This document shows, piece after piece, positions 1-12,164 of a stretch of DNA of 64,000 bases. Source of the DNA: Eledone cirrhosa (Eukaryota). Each line of letters opens with the position of its first letter. Position 1 is the stretch's first letter. The position numbers and the translations under genes are program-made. The notes beneath the pieces were generated by a model. It was not told the DNA's origin. It did no database searches and worked only from the letters and a program-made list of their open reading frames with translations. The DNA lies in assembly GCA_964016885.1 (NCBI GenBank), contig OZ024742.1, forward strand, positions 363,754,001 to 363,818,000, read 5' to 3'.

Positions 1-800
1 TGTTTTCATTGTTCAACTAATATGTATATCTGTTAGACACGCAGTGACTAACAACAGAATGTTTTAAGTCTGCATGTCTGACATATATGCATAGCTTGTG
101 GATAAAAGATTCAAGGGGTTTCGCTGGCCGTGGTGATCTCTCCCAAACATGTTTTGTAAAGTATCGTCTTATTGGCTAATTTCATCGTCTTATTGGCTAA
201 TCAACCAATGAGCGTAATTGCTGCTCAAAAGCATCCGCCACTTTGTTTGCACGTTTATTTATCGTTTCGCTTTCGAATCTTCCTCCTGTATTTCGTCGTT
301 TTTATCATCAAAATATTTTTCTCGTTTTGGAAACTTATATTGTTAATTCATATATGATTCTTTTAAATTAATATTAACTATTTTTTTTCAGTTCGTTATA
401 ACATGCTTATAATATTGGTTGTATCCTATTTACTTGTATATTTGTCCATATTATTGTTCGTTTTATGTTAGATTATTTTATTATTATTATGTTAGATTAT
501 TTCTTTTATTATTATGTTAGACTATTTGTATGTAATATTTAATTTTTATTAATTCAACTATAACAATTATTATGTAAAATATATTTATTTAATATTGATT
601 GTTTTTTGTAGTTGTTAATATTAAAAGTCTGAAAATATTTTTATACATCTTACAATAATGTTTATAAGATCATTTATAAAATAACAATTATATAATCTAA
701 TTACATTACAACGATAATTTATTATTAATATATATTTATATTTATTATTAATATATATTAACTAGAGTTATTACAAGCGTTGCCTTAAAAAATATATTAA

Positions 801-1246
801 ACTAGACCTGAAAAATGCGCAAGCTCCAAAGAGCCACAGAATGTTATAATAAACCTTCAAAAGTGTGGGACTAGAGTTGTTGCGCAAAAATATTGTAATC
901 ATTATCTATCGTACACTCTGTGACATCGTTTTATAAAAAGAGACTCATAACGAACTCAAGACGACGCGAAAATTATTTAAGTGAATTTATAATATAGAAT
1001 TCGGTTTAAGTGCATTTCATATTAATCATTACTAAACATCTAATATGAGATATTGAACATTAGCTTAAATAATTATTGTGTCGTCTTGAGTTCGTTATAA
1101 GACACTTTTTTTATAAAAGGATGCCACAGAGTGTACGATAGATAATGATTACAATATTTTTGAGCAACAACTCTAGTCCCGCACTTTTGAAGGTTTATTA
1201 TAACATTCTGTAGCTCATTTGAGCTTGCGCATTTTTCAGGTCTAGT
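801..1246. mobile_element. Foldback/MITE-like element with ~180-bp imperfect inverted arms
   Basis: 801-980 (ACTAGACCTGAAAAATGCGCAAGCTC...GAACTCAAGACGAC) is the imperfect reverse complement of ~1066-1246 (GTCGTCTTGAGTTC...GAGCTTGCGCATTTTTCAGGTCTAGT). Spacer is ~85 bp and AT-rich; flanks are TA-rich. Confidence 0.75.
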
Positions 1247-1304
1247 ATATATATGTGTGTGTGTTACAATGGAATTAGAATTTAGCTTCGAATATAACGG
1301 TTCA

Positions 1305-1725
1305 AGATATCCCTCCCCCTTCTCTCTCCTTCTCCCTATTACATTCACTCACCCCCCTCTGCTAGTCACCCTCTATCGCCTAGCCACTTCCTCACACTTT
1401 CACTCACTCACTCTCTGCTACTCACTCTCTCTCTCACTTCCACCATCGTCACACACGGTACGAGATTATTTCCTCACATCCGCACGGCCAACATTCGCAA
1501 GTTCTTATGTTCAAAATGAATTATTGACTTGATTTTCTCATTTTTTTCCTCTCTTTACGTTGCCTCATCATTCATGTTTGTTTACCTGTCTCTCTTTCTC
1601 CACCCAACTCTTTTTATCCCACTAATTTAATTTAGTTAATGTATCGCCCTAGTTTGAGGTATATGGTCTGTAATGCGAAGAAATACCTGTGATGGCTAGT
1701 AGACCACTGATGACGGATATTCCTG
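1305..1725 (+). mobile_element. Diverged copy of the interspersed repeat found at 10678-11930
   Basis: 1655-1716 TGAGGTATATGGTCTGTAATGCGAAGAAATACC...CCACTGATGA aligns with 11817-11875 TGAGGTATATGGCCTTTAATGCGACGAAATGCC...CCACTGATGA. 1381-1420 TAGCCACTTCCTCACACTTTCACTCACTCACTCTCTG matches the reverse complement of ~11135-11172. Boundaries are approximate. Confidence 0.65.
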
Positions 1726-1792
1726 GCTTCTATTTCTAATTCTCCATTTATTATATATATCCTAAATGCAACAACACAGCTCGCCTTTTTTC

Positions 1793-1796
<4 letters not shown>

Positions 1797-1826
<30 letters not shown>
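1797..1826. repeat. (TA)n microsatellite
   Basis: Direct reading. Confidence 0.95.
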
Positions 1827-1829
<3 letters not shown>

Positions 1830-1891
1830 AAATGATGAATTTTTTAATATAAAGAACTTGTTCTTTGTGTTTATTTCATTGTTTTTATTAA

Positions 1892-2076
<185 letters not shown>

Positions 2077-2323
2077 TCTTTCTTATTTGCCACAAAATGG
2101 GCCATTACAAGACGTGTCGGCGGGGATTTTACATAAAAATCATATAACATTAACATTAATAAGTAACAATAAAGTATATATAATAAAATAACAATTGAAA
2201 TCCGCAATAGGGGTGAGGTAACGTTACTGTAGGGTTGTTTTACACACTGGGATAGAACAGCCCTCAACACCAGGAACACGTTTTGTAGGTGTTCCCGTCT
2301 TCCCTCTGTTTATCTACCTCAAC

Positions 2324-4484
2324 CTACAGGTTTATATACAGAGAAGACCCATTCACTCGGGCCATTTTCGCCACATTCACCCACCTTTCAGCACGTTTCT
2401 TATTCCTGTAATAGGTTGCCGATTACCCCGATTTCCGAGGTTTTCGACACCATTGCGGTTATGTCGTCGGCATAGGCCGACGCTGCTTTCCGCAGTCCTG
2501 GTTCGATCGGATTGCCCTGCAACAGCTCCAACTTGCGCAGTAATGGCACGATAGTCAGAACATACAGAATGGAGGACAGAGGGCATCTCTGACGGATGGA
2601 ACGCATGATTTGGAATGGCTCCGATAGGTAGCCATTCACCTTGTCTGCCGAGCAGATGCTGGTGTGCATGGCAGTGATCCAGCCTCTGAAGACGGGACCA
2701 AAGCCGCTTCCAATTATTGATGGTCGACCCTGTCAAATGCTTTAGACAGATCTAAATTGATCAGAGCCCCACATCAAGCCAGGTTTCCACCCTACCCTCT
2801 CTATGATGTATCGCATGAGGTGGAGGTTGTCGTGTATGGTCCTGGTCGGGTTTGCACACGTTTGCACTTCCCCTACAAGGTTCTCGACGACAAGCACCAG
2901 CCTCGCTGCTATAACCTTGGCCAAAATCTTTAACTCTGTGTTGAGCAGAGTTATGGGCCTGAAATTGCTTATCTCTCCCCCTCCCTTGTTCTCATCTGTC
3001 CTGATCAGCGTTACTACGCCTCTGCCTACAGAACTGGGAATTTTCCCGTTCTGTGCCAGTTGCAGTAGACCGCTTCGAGGACGCCAGTGAACAAGTCTGG
3101 CATGCCTATGTAAAACTCATAGGGTAGACCATCTAAACCGGGTGATTTGCGTTTCCCGCAGCGGCCTAGGGCATCTTCTATTTCGCCCGCTGTGATCGGC
3201 CTTTTGCAGCTCTCTGCATCCGTGCTCGAGAGTCGTGGTACGCCGTCGAGGTAGGAGCCGAAGTCCATCACCTCCCTCGACGTACCGCTTTTCCCGAACA
3301 TTTGTGCAAAATGCTGCTGGAAAGCTGTGCACATCTGCTTGGATTAAAGTAGAATGCGTCTATTCTTCTCTTGCAAAGATCGAATTGTGGATTTGTTGCC
3401 ACTTTTCGCCTCTGCCACTCAGGCACAGGTAACAGCTTTGGTTCCCTCGTTTCCTAGAGCACGTGTTCTACTTCTGACAATACAACCTTCGTGTTTCACG
3501 TTGAAGAACTGGTCTAGTGCTGTTCTCGCCTCTAGCGCGTCAGCTGTACTACCATTCCTAAGTGCCGCTTCTACTTTAGCTATCAGTTCCTTTTCGGTTT
3601 TGTTTTTTCCTAAAGCTACTTCTTTGCTAAATGCTATCGATTCTAATCTAATTGCTCTCTTGAGAGAGCTCCATGTCAACTGGCACTTAACTAAGGTGCT
3701 AATTCATTTACTGTAGGCGTTACGCGCCGGAAGCGACATGTTTAGCTTTCAGTATCCGGGTCCCTGTCTATGTGTTCTATCAAGATTGAATACGCAGGTG
3801 ACTATTTGTGGTCTTAATAGGCAACCATGTGCATTTGTAGACAGCTTAATGTTTCCTTATCATTCTGTCTAATTAAAAATCTATCTAAATACGATCTAGA
3901 AGACCCAGTGCGGTTGCTCCACATCCACAGTGGTACACCTGGGAAGTCTAGTCGATATCTATCAGCCAGTTGGAATTGGGTGATGAGATTTTTGAGGCTA
4001 TTACACCCCGTCTGTTATCACGAGCCCCTACATAGTCCCAACGTGCATCTAAGATGCCATTCCAGTCCCCCGCTAACACTAAGGTGTGAGACGTTCCCCA
4101 AAATGGTTCCAGACGCTTGAAGAACTCTGGTCGCGATGTCCCAGTCGGGCCATATACGGCCACCGGTCTGAAAGCTCCACCTTCACTACCATTCACGTCC
4201 AGAACCACCAACTGCCCTCCGGGTCCAAGTGAATCGTCTGTGCTTTGAGATCCAAGTTTTTTCGAAACAGAATAGCAACTCCCCCTCCATCTCCTGGCTG
4301 ACAGAATTGCGTAGATCTCAAAGTCATCGAACATGGGGGTTAGCTGCTGTTTGTCGTGAATCCTGGACTCAGTGATGGCTATCACATCTATACAATGTGA
4401 CCAGAGATCATTTAAAATCTGGCTCTGTTTCCAGGGCATGCCCAGGCAACGTACATTCAAACATCCAACGTGTATAGTCGCCAT
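2324..4484 (-). pseudogene. LINE ORF2 (AP endonuclease + reverse transcriptase) pseudogene
   Basis: Endonuclease motifs MATIHVGCLNVR, AITES, VAVYGP and LAGDWN. RT motifs KSPGLDGLPYEFY, FRPITLLNTELKILAKVIAARL, SKAFDRVDH, RQRCPLSSILY and YADD. Broken into several frames by stops and frameshifts. Probable C-terminus ERWVNVAKMARVNGSSLYINL* ends at 2324. Confidence 0.9.
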
Positions 4485-4489
4485 GTTGG

Positions 4490-5015
4490 TGAAGAAGAGT
4501 TAAGGAGAGAAAAGGCAGGAACACTTACCTTTTCGTTTCCTGGAGGTCGGGTTGTTCGATCTCCATGTCCAGATTGGGGGTGTTTGGGGAGGTAGGGAAT
4601 CCTTTTAGCAGGACACGGGTAAGGGTTTTTTGGCAAGGGGGGCCCACATCATGTGGGAAGTACCTTTTAAAGTTTCGTATTGTAGGGTTCTTACCCTGAT
4701 AAGTTTGAGGTTTGGAGTGGGTGGTTGGTGGGGAAGGTTTTTTCCTTCCGTTTGTATTGTGGAGTCCTTTCGGACAGTTCCCACCAGTTCTTTGTTTCTT
4801 GTTTTTATGTATGTGTAATGTGTTTTGTTTTTTATGTATATTGTTTCTGTTTGTAATTTTCTTTTTGTGGTTGGGGTTTGTGATTGTGGTGGTGTGGGTG
4901 TTTGTTTTGTTGGTGAAGTGTCTGGTTGTGTTGTTGGTGTGGTTGTCGTTTGTGGCCGTATGTTTATGTCAGTGTTGGGTGTGTGCGTGTTTTCAGTTGA
5001 TGTTTTTGTTAGAGG
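4490..5015 (-). pseudogene. Probable 3' remnant of LINE ORF1 (low-complexity, Thr/Pro/Gln-rich)
   Basis: Lies immediately upstream of the ORF2 ATG. ORF 4605-5183 gives TTTTPTTQPDTSPTKQTPTPPQSQTPTTKRK; its N-terminal part is only microsatellite translation. Confidence 0.5.
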
Positions 5016-5038
5016 TAGATAGATAGATAAATAGATAG

Positions 5039-5104
<66 letters not shown>

Positions 5105-5142
5105 GTAGAGAGATAGGTAGATAGGTAGATTGATAGATATAG
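5016..5142. repeat. Compound microsatellite (GATA)n(GA)n(GATA/GGTA)n
   Basis: Direct reading; abuts the 5' end of the LINE. Confidence 0.95.
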
Positions 5143-5448
5143 AATGTGTTGCAATGTACGTATTTTACCGTAGTTTGAAACATGGGGAATTTACTATATA
5201 CAACAAATTTAATATTTCAAAACGCATCAATTTGAGAAAAAGGTAACAAATCGTTGTGTAAAGGAATGTATATTGTGTGTGTGGTTGGGTTCACATGCTT
5301 TCAAGCATTGAACGCTAATTCTTCCATTTCACTTCCATTTCACTCAGTACAAATTCTCATATTTCAGCTCTTCTGTTAATTCCTCCCTGCTCTCCTCTAT
5401 GATGTAATGTGTGACATCTGAAATCGGACCAGTCAACATATACATCCA

Positions 5449-5630
5449 GTTGGCAGTATCGGTAGAGGGTTGGACGCCATGCTTTCCAGCATAGTTACGT
5501 CCCTTTGTGATCTGAGTTCAAATCCCGCCGAGGTTGACTTTGCCTTTCATCCTTACGGGGTCGATAAAATAAAGTACCAGTAATGCACTGGGTAATTGCT
5601 GGCCTTGTGCCTAAAGTAGAAACAATTATA
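5449..5630 (+). mobile_element. tRNA-derived SINE (octopus-type)
   Basis: A-box-like TGGCAGTATCGG (5451) and B-box GAGTTCAAATCC (5514-5525), followed by GAGGTTGACTTTGCCTTTCATCC...GGGGTCGATAAAATAAAGTACCAG. A second copy lies at 21191. Confidence 0.82.
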
Positions 5631-5966
5631 TTATAGAGTTTGCAAGAGTATTTATGTAATTACGAGATTTCCAAGAAAATGTTATAAAGAATAAAGATTT
5701 AAATAAATAAATAAAGATCATTTAGAAATAGCAATAAAGAATGAAGAATATTTCCCTCTGCTGTGGGTTATAATTAAAACCAATTGTGAAATAATGAAAA
5801 ATTAATATTGCTTCTGATTTTATCATCTTACGCAAAGATGTGACAATCACGACCTTTACGATATTTAGGGCTATAAAATACAAAACTTATAATTTGTTTT
5901 TAATTTTTGTAATTCATTTATTTTCTGTTTATCATCCAAACATAATGCCCTGTAATGACGGGATTT

Positions 5967-6125
5967 TGTGAGGGTGTTATTGAACTTATTAAGTCAGTAA
6001 TCTATGTCAGATAACATGTGGTATTCCTCCAAACGGTGTTGTGTTTGTGAGCATGTTATTGAACTTCTGAAGTCGGTAAACTATCTCAGATTGCTACGCG
6101 GTTTCCTTCAAACTGTGTTGTGTTC
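5967..6125. repeat. Diverged tandem dimer, ~79-bp unit
   Basis: GTGAG..TGTTATTGAACTT..AAGTC.GTAA.CTAT.TCAGAT...CAAAC.GTGTTGTGTT occurs twice in tandem. Confidence 0.8.
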
Positions 6126-6589
6126 AATTTGAGCGGAGATCAACGTTCTCTTCCGTCCTATTAAAACACTACTCAAATGGTGCTATTTTTTCTATTTTTC
6201 CAAAGGTATTTGGCTATGGAATATGTGTCATCAGCTTTAAATGCCAAAGATCAATGGATCGGTGGATTGTGTTTATGTATTGCTCAAAATCATTAGCAAC
6301 AAATTAGTTGAAGTTGAACATAGTGACAATGGAATACCTCCATTACAGATTCACTCGTTCATAAATTACTTCTTCTCCCGTGTGGGTATGGAATGGTGAC
6401 ATAACCTTTTTTGGAGTTATGGTGGTACCATCCTGAGATAACCAAACATTCAGGACAATTGGGTCAAGGCAAATTTGTTTGGGGTTTGGTTTTTGATTAC
6501 ATTTTCATTTTCTGTTTGAGATTATTACCTTTCGTTTTGATTTATTTCATGATTATGATTTCCAGATCTTGTTGACTTTACGGGACAGA

Positions 6590-9500
6590 TATTGTTGTTA
6601 TATTACCTGTAGTAGACTGTTGTTATATTACCTGTAGTAGACTGTTGTTATATTACCCGCAGTAGACTGTTGTTATATTACCTGTAGTAGGCTATTATTA
6701 TATTACCCGCAGTAGACAGTTGTTATATTACCCGCAGTAGACTGTTGTTATATTACCTATAGTAGACGGTTGTTCTATTACCTGTAGTAGACTGTTGTTA
6801 TATTACCTGTAGTAGACTGTTTTTATATTACCTGTAGTAGACTGTTGTTATATTACCTGTAGTAGACTGTTGTTATATTACCTGCAGTAGATTGTTGTTA
6901 TATTACCCGCATAGACTATTGTAATATTACCTGTAGTAGACAGTTGTTATATTTAATGCAGTAGACTGTTGTTATATTACCTGTAGGAGATGGTTTTTAT
7001 ATTACCTGTAGTAGACAGTTGTTATATTTAATGCAGTAGACTGTTGTTATATTACGTGTAGGAGATGGTTTTTATATTACCTGTAGTAGACTGTTGTTAT
7101 ATTACCTGTAGTAGACAGTTGTTATATTGCCGGCAGTAGACTGTTGTTATATTGCCGGCAGTAGACTATTGTTATATAACCTGTAGTAGACTGTTGTTAT
7201 ATTGCCGGCAGTAGACTGTTGTTATATTACCTGTTGTAGACTGTCTTTATATTACCTGTAGTAGACTGTTGTTATATTACCTGTAGTAGACTGTTGTTAT
7301 ATTACCTGTAGTAGACTGTAGTTATATTACCTGCAGTAGACTGTTGTTATATTTAATGCAGTAGACTGTTGTTATATTACCTATAGTTGACTGCTGTTAT
7401 ATGACCTGTTGTAGACTGTTGTTATATTACCTATAGTAGAATGTTGTTATATTACCTGTACTCGACTGTTGTTATATTACCTGTAATAGACTGTTGTTAA
7501 TTTACCAGTAGTAGAATGTTGTTATATTACCTGTAATAGACTGTTGTTATATTACCTGTAGTAGACTGTTGTTATATTAATTGTAGTAAACTGTTGTTAT
7601 ATTACCCGCAATAGACTGTTTTTATATTACCTGCAGTAGACTGTTGTTATATTACCTGTAGTAGACTGTTGTTATATTACCTGGAGTAGACTCTTGTTAT
7701 ATTACCCGCAATAGACTGTTGTTATATTACCTGCAGTAGACTGTTGTTATATTAATTGTAGTAAACTGTTGTTATATTACCTGTATTAGACTGTTTTTAT
7801 ATTACCTGCAGTAGACTGTTGTTATATTACCTGTAGTAGACTGTTGTTATATTACATGCAGTAGACCGTTGTTATATTAATTGTAGTAAACTGTTGTTAT
7901 ATTACCTGTAGTAGACTGTTGTTATATTACCTGTTGTAGACTGTTGTTATATTACCTGTAGTAGACTGTTGTTATATTACCTGCAGTAGACTGTTGTTAT
8001 ATTACCTGTAGTAGACTGTTGTTATATTACCTGAAGTAAACTGTTGTTATATTACCTGCAGTAGACTGTTGTTATATTAACTGTAGTAGACTGTTGTTAT
8101 ATTACCTGTAGTAGACTGTTGTTATATTTCCTGCAGTAGATTGTTGTTATATTACTTGCAGTAGACTGTTGTTATATTACCTGCAGTAGACTGTTGTTAT
8201 ATTCCCTGCAGTAGATTGTTGTTATATTACCTGCTGTAGACTGTTGTTATATTCCCTGCAGTAGATTGTTGTTATATTACCTGCTGTAGACTGTTGTTAT
8301 ATTACCTGTAGTAGACTGTTGTTATATTACCTGTAGTAGACTGCTGTTAAATTACCTGTAGTAGACTGTTGTTATATTACCTGTAGTAGACTGCTGTTAA
8401 ATTACCTGTAGTAGACAGTTGATATATTACCTGTAGTAGACTGTTGTTACATTACCTGCATAGACAATTGTTATATTACGTGCAATAGACCGTTGCTATA
8501 TTACCTGTAGTAGACTGCTGTTAAATTACCTGTAGTAGACTGTTGTTATATTACCTGCAGTAGACTGTTGTTATATTACTTTGAGTAGACTGTTGTTATA
8601 TTACCTGTAGTAGACTGTTGATATATTACCTGTAATAGACTTGTTATATTACCTGTAGTAGACTGTTGTTATATTACCTGTAGTAGACTGTTTTTATATT
8701 ACATGCAGTAGACTGTTGTTATATTACCTGCAGTAGACTGTTGTTATATTACCTGCAGTAGACTGTTGTTATATTACCTGTAATAGACTGTTGTTATATT
8801 ACTTGCAGTAGACTGTTGTGATATTACCTGTAGTAGACTGTTGTTATATTACCTGTAATAGACTGTTGTTATATTACTTGCAGTAGACTGTTGTGATATT
8901 ACCTGTAGTAGACTGTTGTTATATTACCTGCCATAGACTGTTGTTATATTTCCTGCAGTAGACTGTTGTTATATTACCCGCAGTACACTGTTGTTATATT
9001 ACCCGCAGTAGACCGTTGTTATATTACCCGCAGTAGACTGTTGTTATATTACCCGCAGTAGACTGTTGTTATATTACCCGCAGTAGACTGTTGTTATATT
9101 ACCTGCAGTAGACTGTTGTTATATTACCTGTTGTAGACTGTTGTTATATTCCCTGTAGTAGACTGTTGTTATATTACCTGCAGTAGACTGTTGTTATATT
9201 ACCTGAAGTAAACTGTTGTTATATTACCTGTAGTAGACTGTTGTTATATTCCCTGCAGTAGACTGTTGTTATATTACCTGTAGTAGACTGTTGTTATATT
9301 ACCTGCAGTAGACTGTTGTTATATTACCTGAAGTAAACTGTTGTTATATTACCTGCAGTAGATTGTTGTTATATTACCTGTAGTAGACTGTTGTTATATT
9401 ACCTGCAGTAGATTGTTGTTATATTACCTGTAGTAGACTGTTGTTATATTACCTGCAGTAGATTGTTTATATATTATATGTAGTAGACAGTTGTTATATT

Positions 9501-10425
9501 ACCTGTAGTAGACTGTTGTTATATTACGTGCAGTAGATTGTTGTTATATTACCCGCAGTAGACCGTTGTTATATTACCGGCAGTAGACTGTTGTTATATT
9601 ACCTGTAGTAGACTGTTGTTATATTACATGTAGTAGACTATTGTTATATTACATGTAGTAAACTGTTGTTATATTACCTGTTGTAGACTGTTGTTATATT
9701 ACCTGCAGTAGACTGTTGTTATATTACTTGCAGTAGACAGTTGTTATATTAGCTGCAGTAGACTGTTGTGTTATTGCCGGTAGTAGACTGTTGTTATATT
9801 ACCTGCAGTAGACTGTTGTTATATTACCTGTAATAGACTTGTTATATTACCTGTAGTAGACTGTTGTTATATTACCTGCAGTAGACTGTTGTTATATTAC
9901 CTGTAATAGACTGTTGTTATATTACTTGTAGTAGACTGTTGTTATATTACCTGTAGTAGACTGTTGTTATATTACCTATAGTTGACTGCCGTTATATGAC
10001 CTGTTGTAGACTGTTGTTATATTACCTATAGTTGACTGTTGTTATATTACCTGTTGTAGACTGTTGTTATATTACCTGTTGTAGACTGTTGTTATATTAC
10101 CTGTAGTAGACTGTTGTTATATTACCTGTAGTAGACTGTTGTTATATTACCTGCAGTAGACTGTTGTTATATTACCTGCAGTTGACTGTTGTTATATTAC
10201 CTGTTGTAGACTGTTGTTATATTACCCTCAGTAGACTGTTGTTATATTACCTGTAATAGACTTGTTATATTACCTGTAGTAGACTGTTGTTATATTACCT
10301 GCAGTAGACTGTTGTTATATTACCTGCTGTAGACTGTTGTTATATTACCTGCCATAGACTGTTGTTATATTACCTGTAGTAGACTGTTGTTATATTACCT
10401 GCCATAGACTGTTGTTATATTACTT
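6590..10425. repeat. 25-bp minisatellite, ~150 units, consensus GTAGACTGTTGTTATATTACCTG(T/C)A
   Basis: TATTACC recurs at 6601, 6626 and 6651, giving a 25-bp period. Many substitutions and several small deletions. Confidence 0.97.
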
Positions 10426-10498
10426 AGGGTAGTAGTATTGGTAAGAGGAAAATGTTTAACTCCGACGGCAGAGCTCAAGCCGTTTCGACGGGGTTAAA

Positions 10499-10677
<179 letters not shown>

Positions 10678-10681
<4 letters not shown>

Positions 10682-11930
10682 GAAAAAGTTTGTCCTCATC
10701 AGTGGCCTTCCAACCGTCGTAGGCATTTCGTCGTATTAAAGGCCATATACCTCAGGTTGGTGCAAGCAACGGCTAAAAAAAGTCGTTGGACACGTAAATA
10801 AAGGGGACGGTAGGGTAAACAGACAAAGTGGTTTAAGCAGCAGAAAGTGATGAAGAAGACACAAGTCCCAGATTTCTATGAATATAAATTCGGTGGAATC
10901 GTGAACGAGAGAATAAAGACCATCTAACCTGGTTGAAATGTGAGCAAGGAAGGAATTTCGCACAGGTCTAACGGGAGGAAGATGGGGTCTGGTCTGCGAA
11001 TTCGGTAAACATAAGTTCTGTGAAGTCGCAGACGAGAGAGAGAGAAAAAAATTCATACCGGCTTGGCGAAGTGCCCGCGCGAAAAGGATTACGGACAGGT
11101 CAAACGGGAAGAAAGGGGAGGAGGAGAGGTAGTGACAGAGAGTGAGTGAGTGAAAGGTGAGGAAGAGGCTAACAGAGAGAGAGAGAGAGACTGCTAGAAA
11201 GGGTAAAGACACAAAGAACGAAACAGATTGGTGGCAGCGGAGGAAAACATATATGTGTAAATATAATAATAATGGTGCTGCGGCGCTGCAAATGGGTTAC
11301 ATATGAAAAAGTTTGTCCTCTTTAGTGGCCTTCCAACCGTCGTAGGCATTTCGTCGCATTAAAGGCCATATACCTCAGGTTGGTGCGAGCAACGGCTAAA
11401 AAAAGTCGTTGGGACACTTAAATAAAGGGGACGCTAGGGTGAACAGACAAATTGGTTTAAGCAGCAGAAAGTGATGAAGAAGACACAAGTCTCAGATTTC
11501 TATGAATATAAATTTGGTGGAATCGTGAACGAGAGAATAAAGACCATCAAACCTGGTTGAAATGTGAGCAAGGAAGGAATTTCGCACAGGTCTAACGGGA
11601 GGAAGAAGGGGTCTGGTCTGCGAATTCGGTAAACATAAGTTCTGTGAAGTCGCAAACGAGAGAGAGAGAAAAAAGGCCAGCAAATACCCAGCACATTACT
11701 GGGACTTGTTTCTTCTTCATCACTTTCTGCTGCTTAAACCAATTTGTCTGTTCACCCTAGCGTCCCCTTTATTTACGTGTCCCAACGACCTTTTTTAGCC
11801 GTTGCTCGCACCAACCTGAGGTATATGGCCTTTAATGCGACGAAATGCCTACGACGGTTGGAAGGCCACTGATGAGGACAAACTTTTTCATATGTAACCC
11901 ATTTGCAGCGCCGCAGCTCCATTATTATCA
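10678..11930. mobile_element. Direct plus inverted repeat cluster (possible Penelope-like terminal repeats or long-TIR MITE)
   Basis: ~10678-11050 is directly repeated at ~11301-11674. ~11699-11930 is the reverse complement of ~11266-11495. The repeats are certain; the family assignment is inference. Confidence 0.7.
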
Positions 11931-12020
11931 TATATATATATATGTATATATATAAGATTGATTGATTATATATGCACTAGAAATATCGCTAATGTATATA
12001 TATATATATATTACATTAGC

Positions 12021-12022
<2 letters not shown>

Positions 12023-12098
<76 letters not shown>

Positions 12099-12101
12099 GA
12101 T

Positions 12102-12162
<61 letters not shown>
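12023..12162. repeat. (GA)n microsatellite
   Basis: Direct reading. Confidence 0.95.

Positions 12163-12164
<2 letters not shown>

Larger units (their letters stand above)
2077..5015 (-). mobile_element. Decayed non-LTR retrotransposon (L1/Tx1 clade), 5'-truncated and internally deleted
   Basis: Minus strand reads a Thr/Pro-rich ORF1-like tail, then ORF2 with AP-endonuclease and RT motifs, then a 3' UTR ending AAATAAGAAAGA(TATC)n. Clade assignment is by motif recognition. Confidence 0.88.

Noticed and set aside
5451-5530. tRNA gene
   Set aside because: A and B boxes are present but no cloverleaf is evident, and the sequence continues into a repeated SINE body.
11830-11885. Intact hammerhead ribozyme from GAAA (~11842) and CTGATGA (11869)
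   Set aside because: Stem II (GGAC versus CGAC) does not pair properly and I could not build stems I and III.
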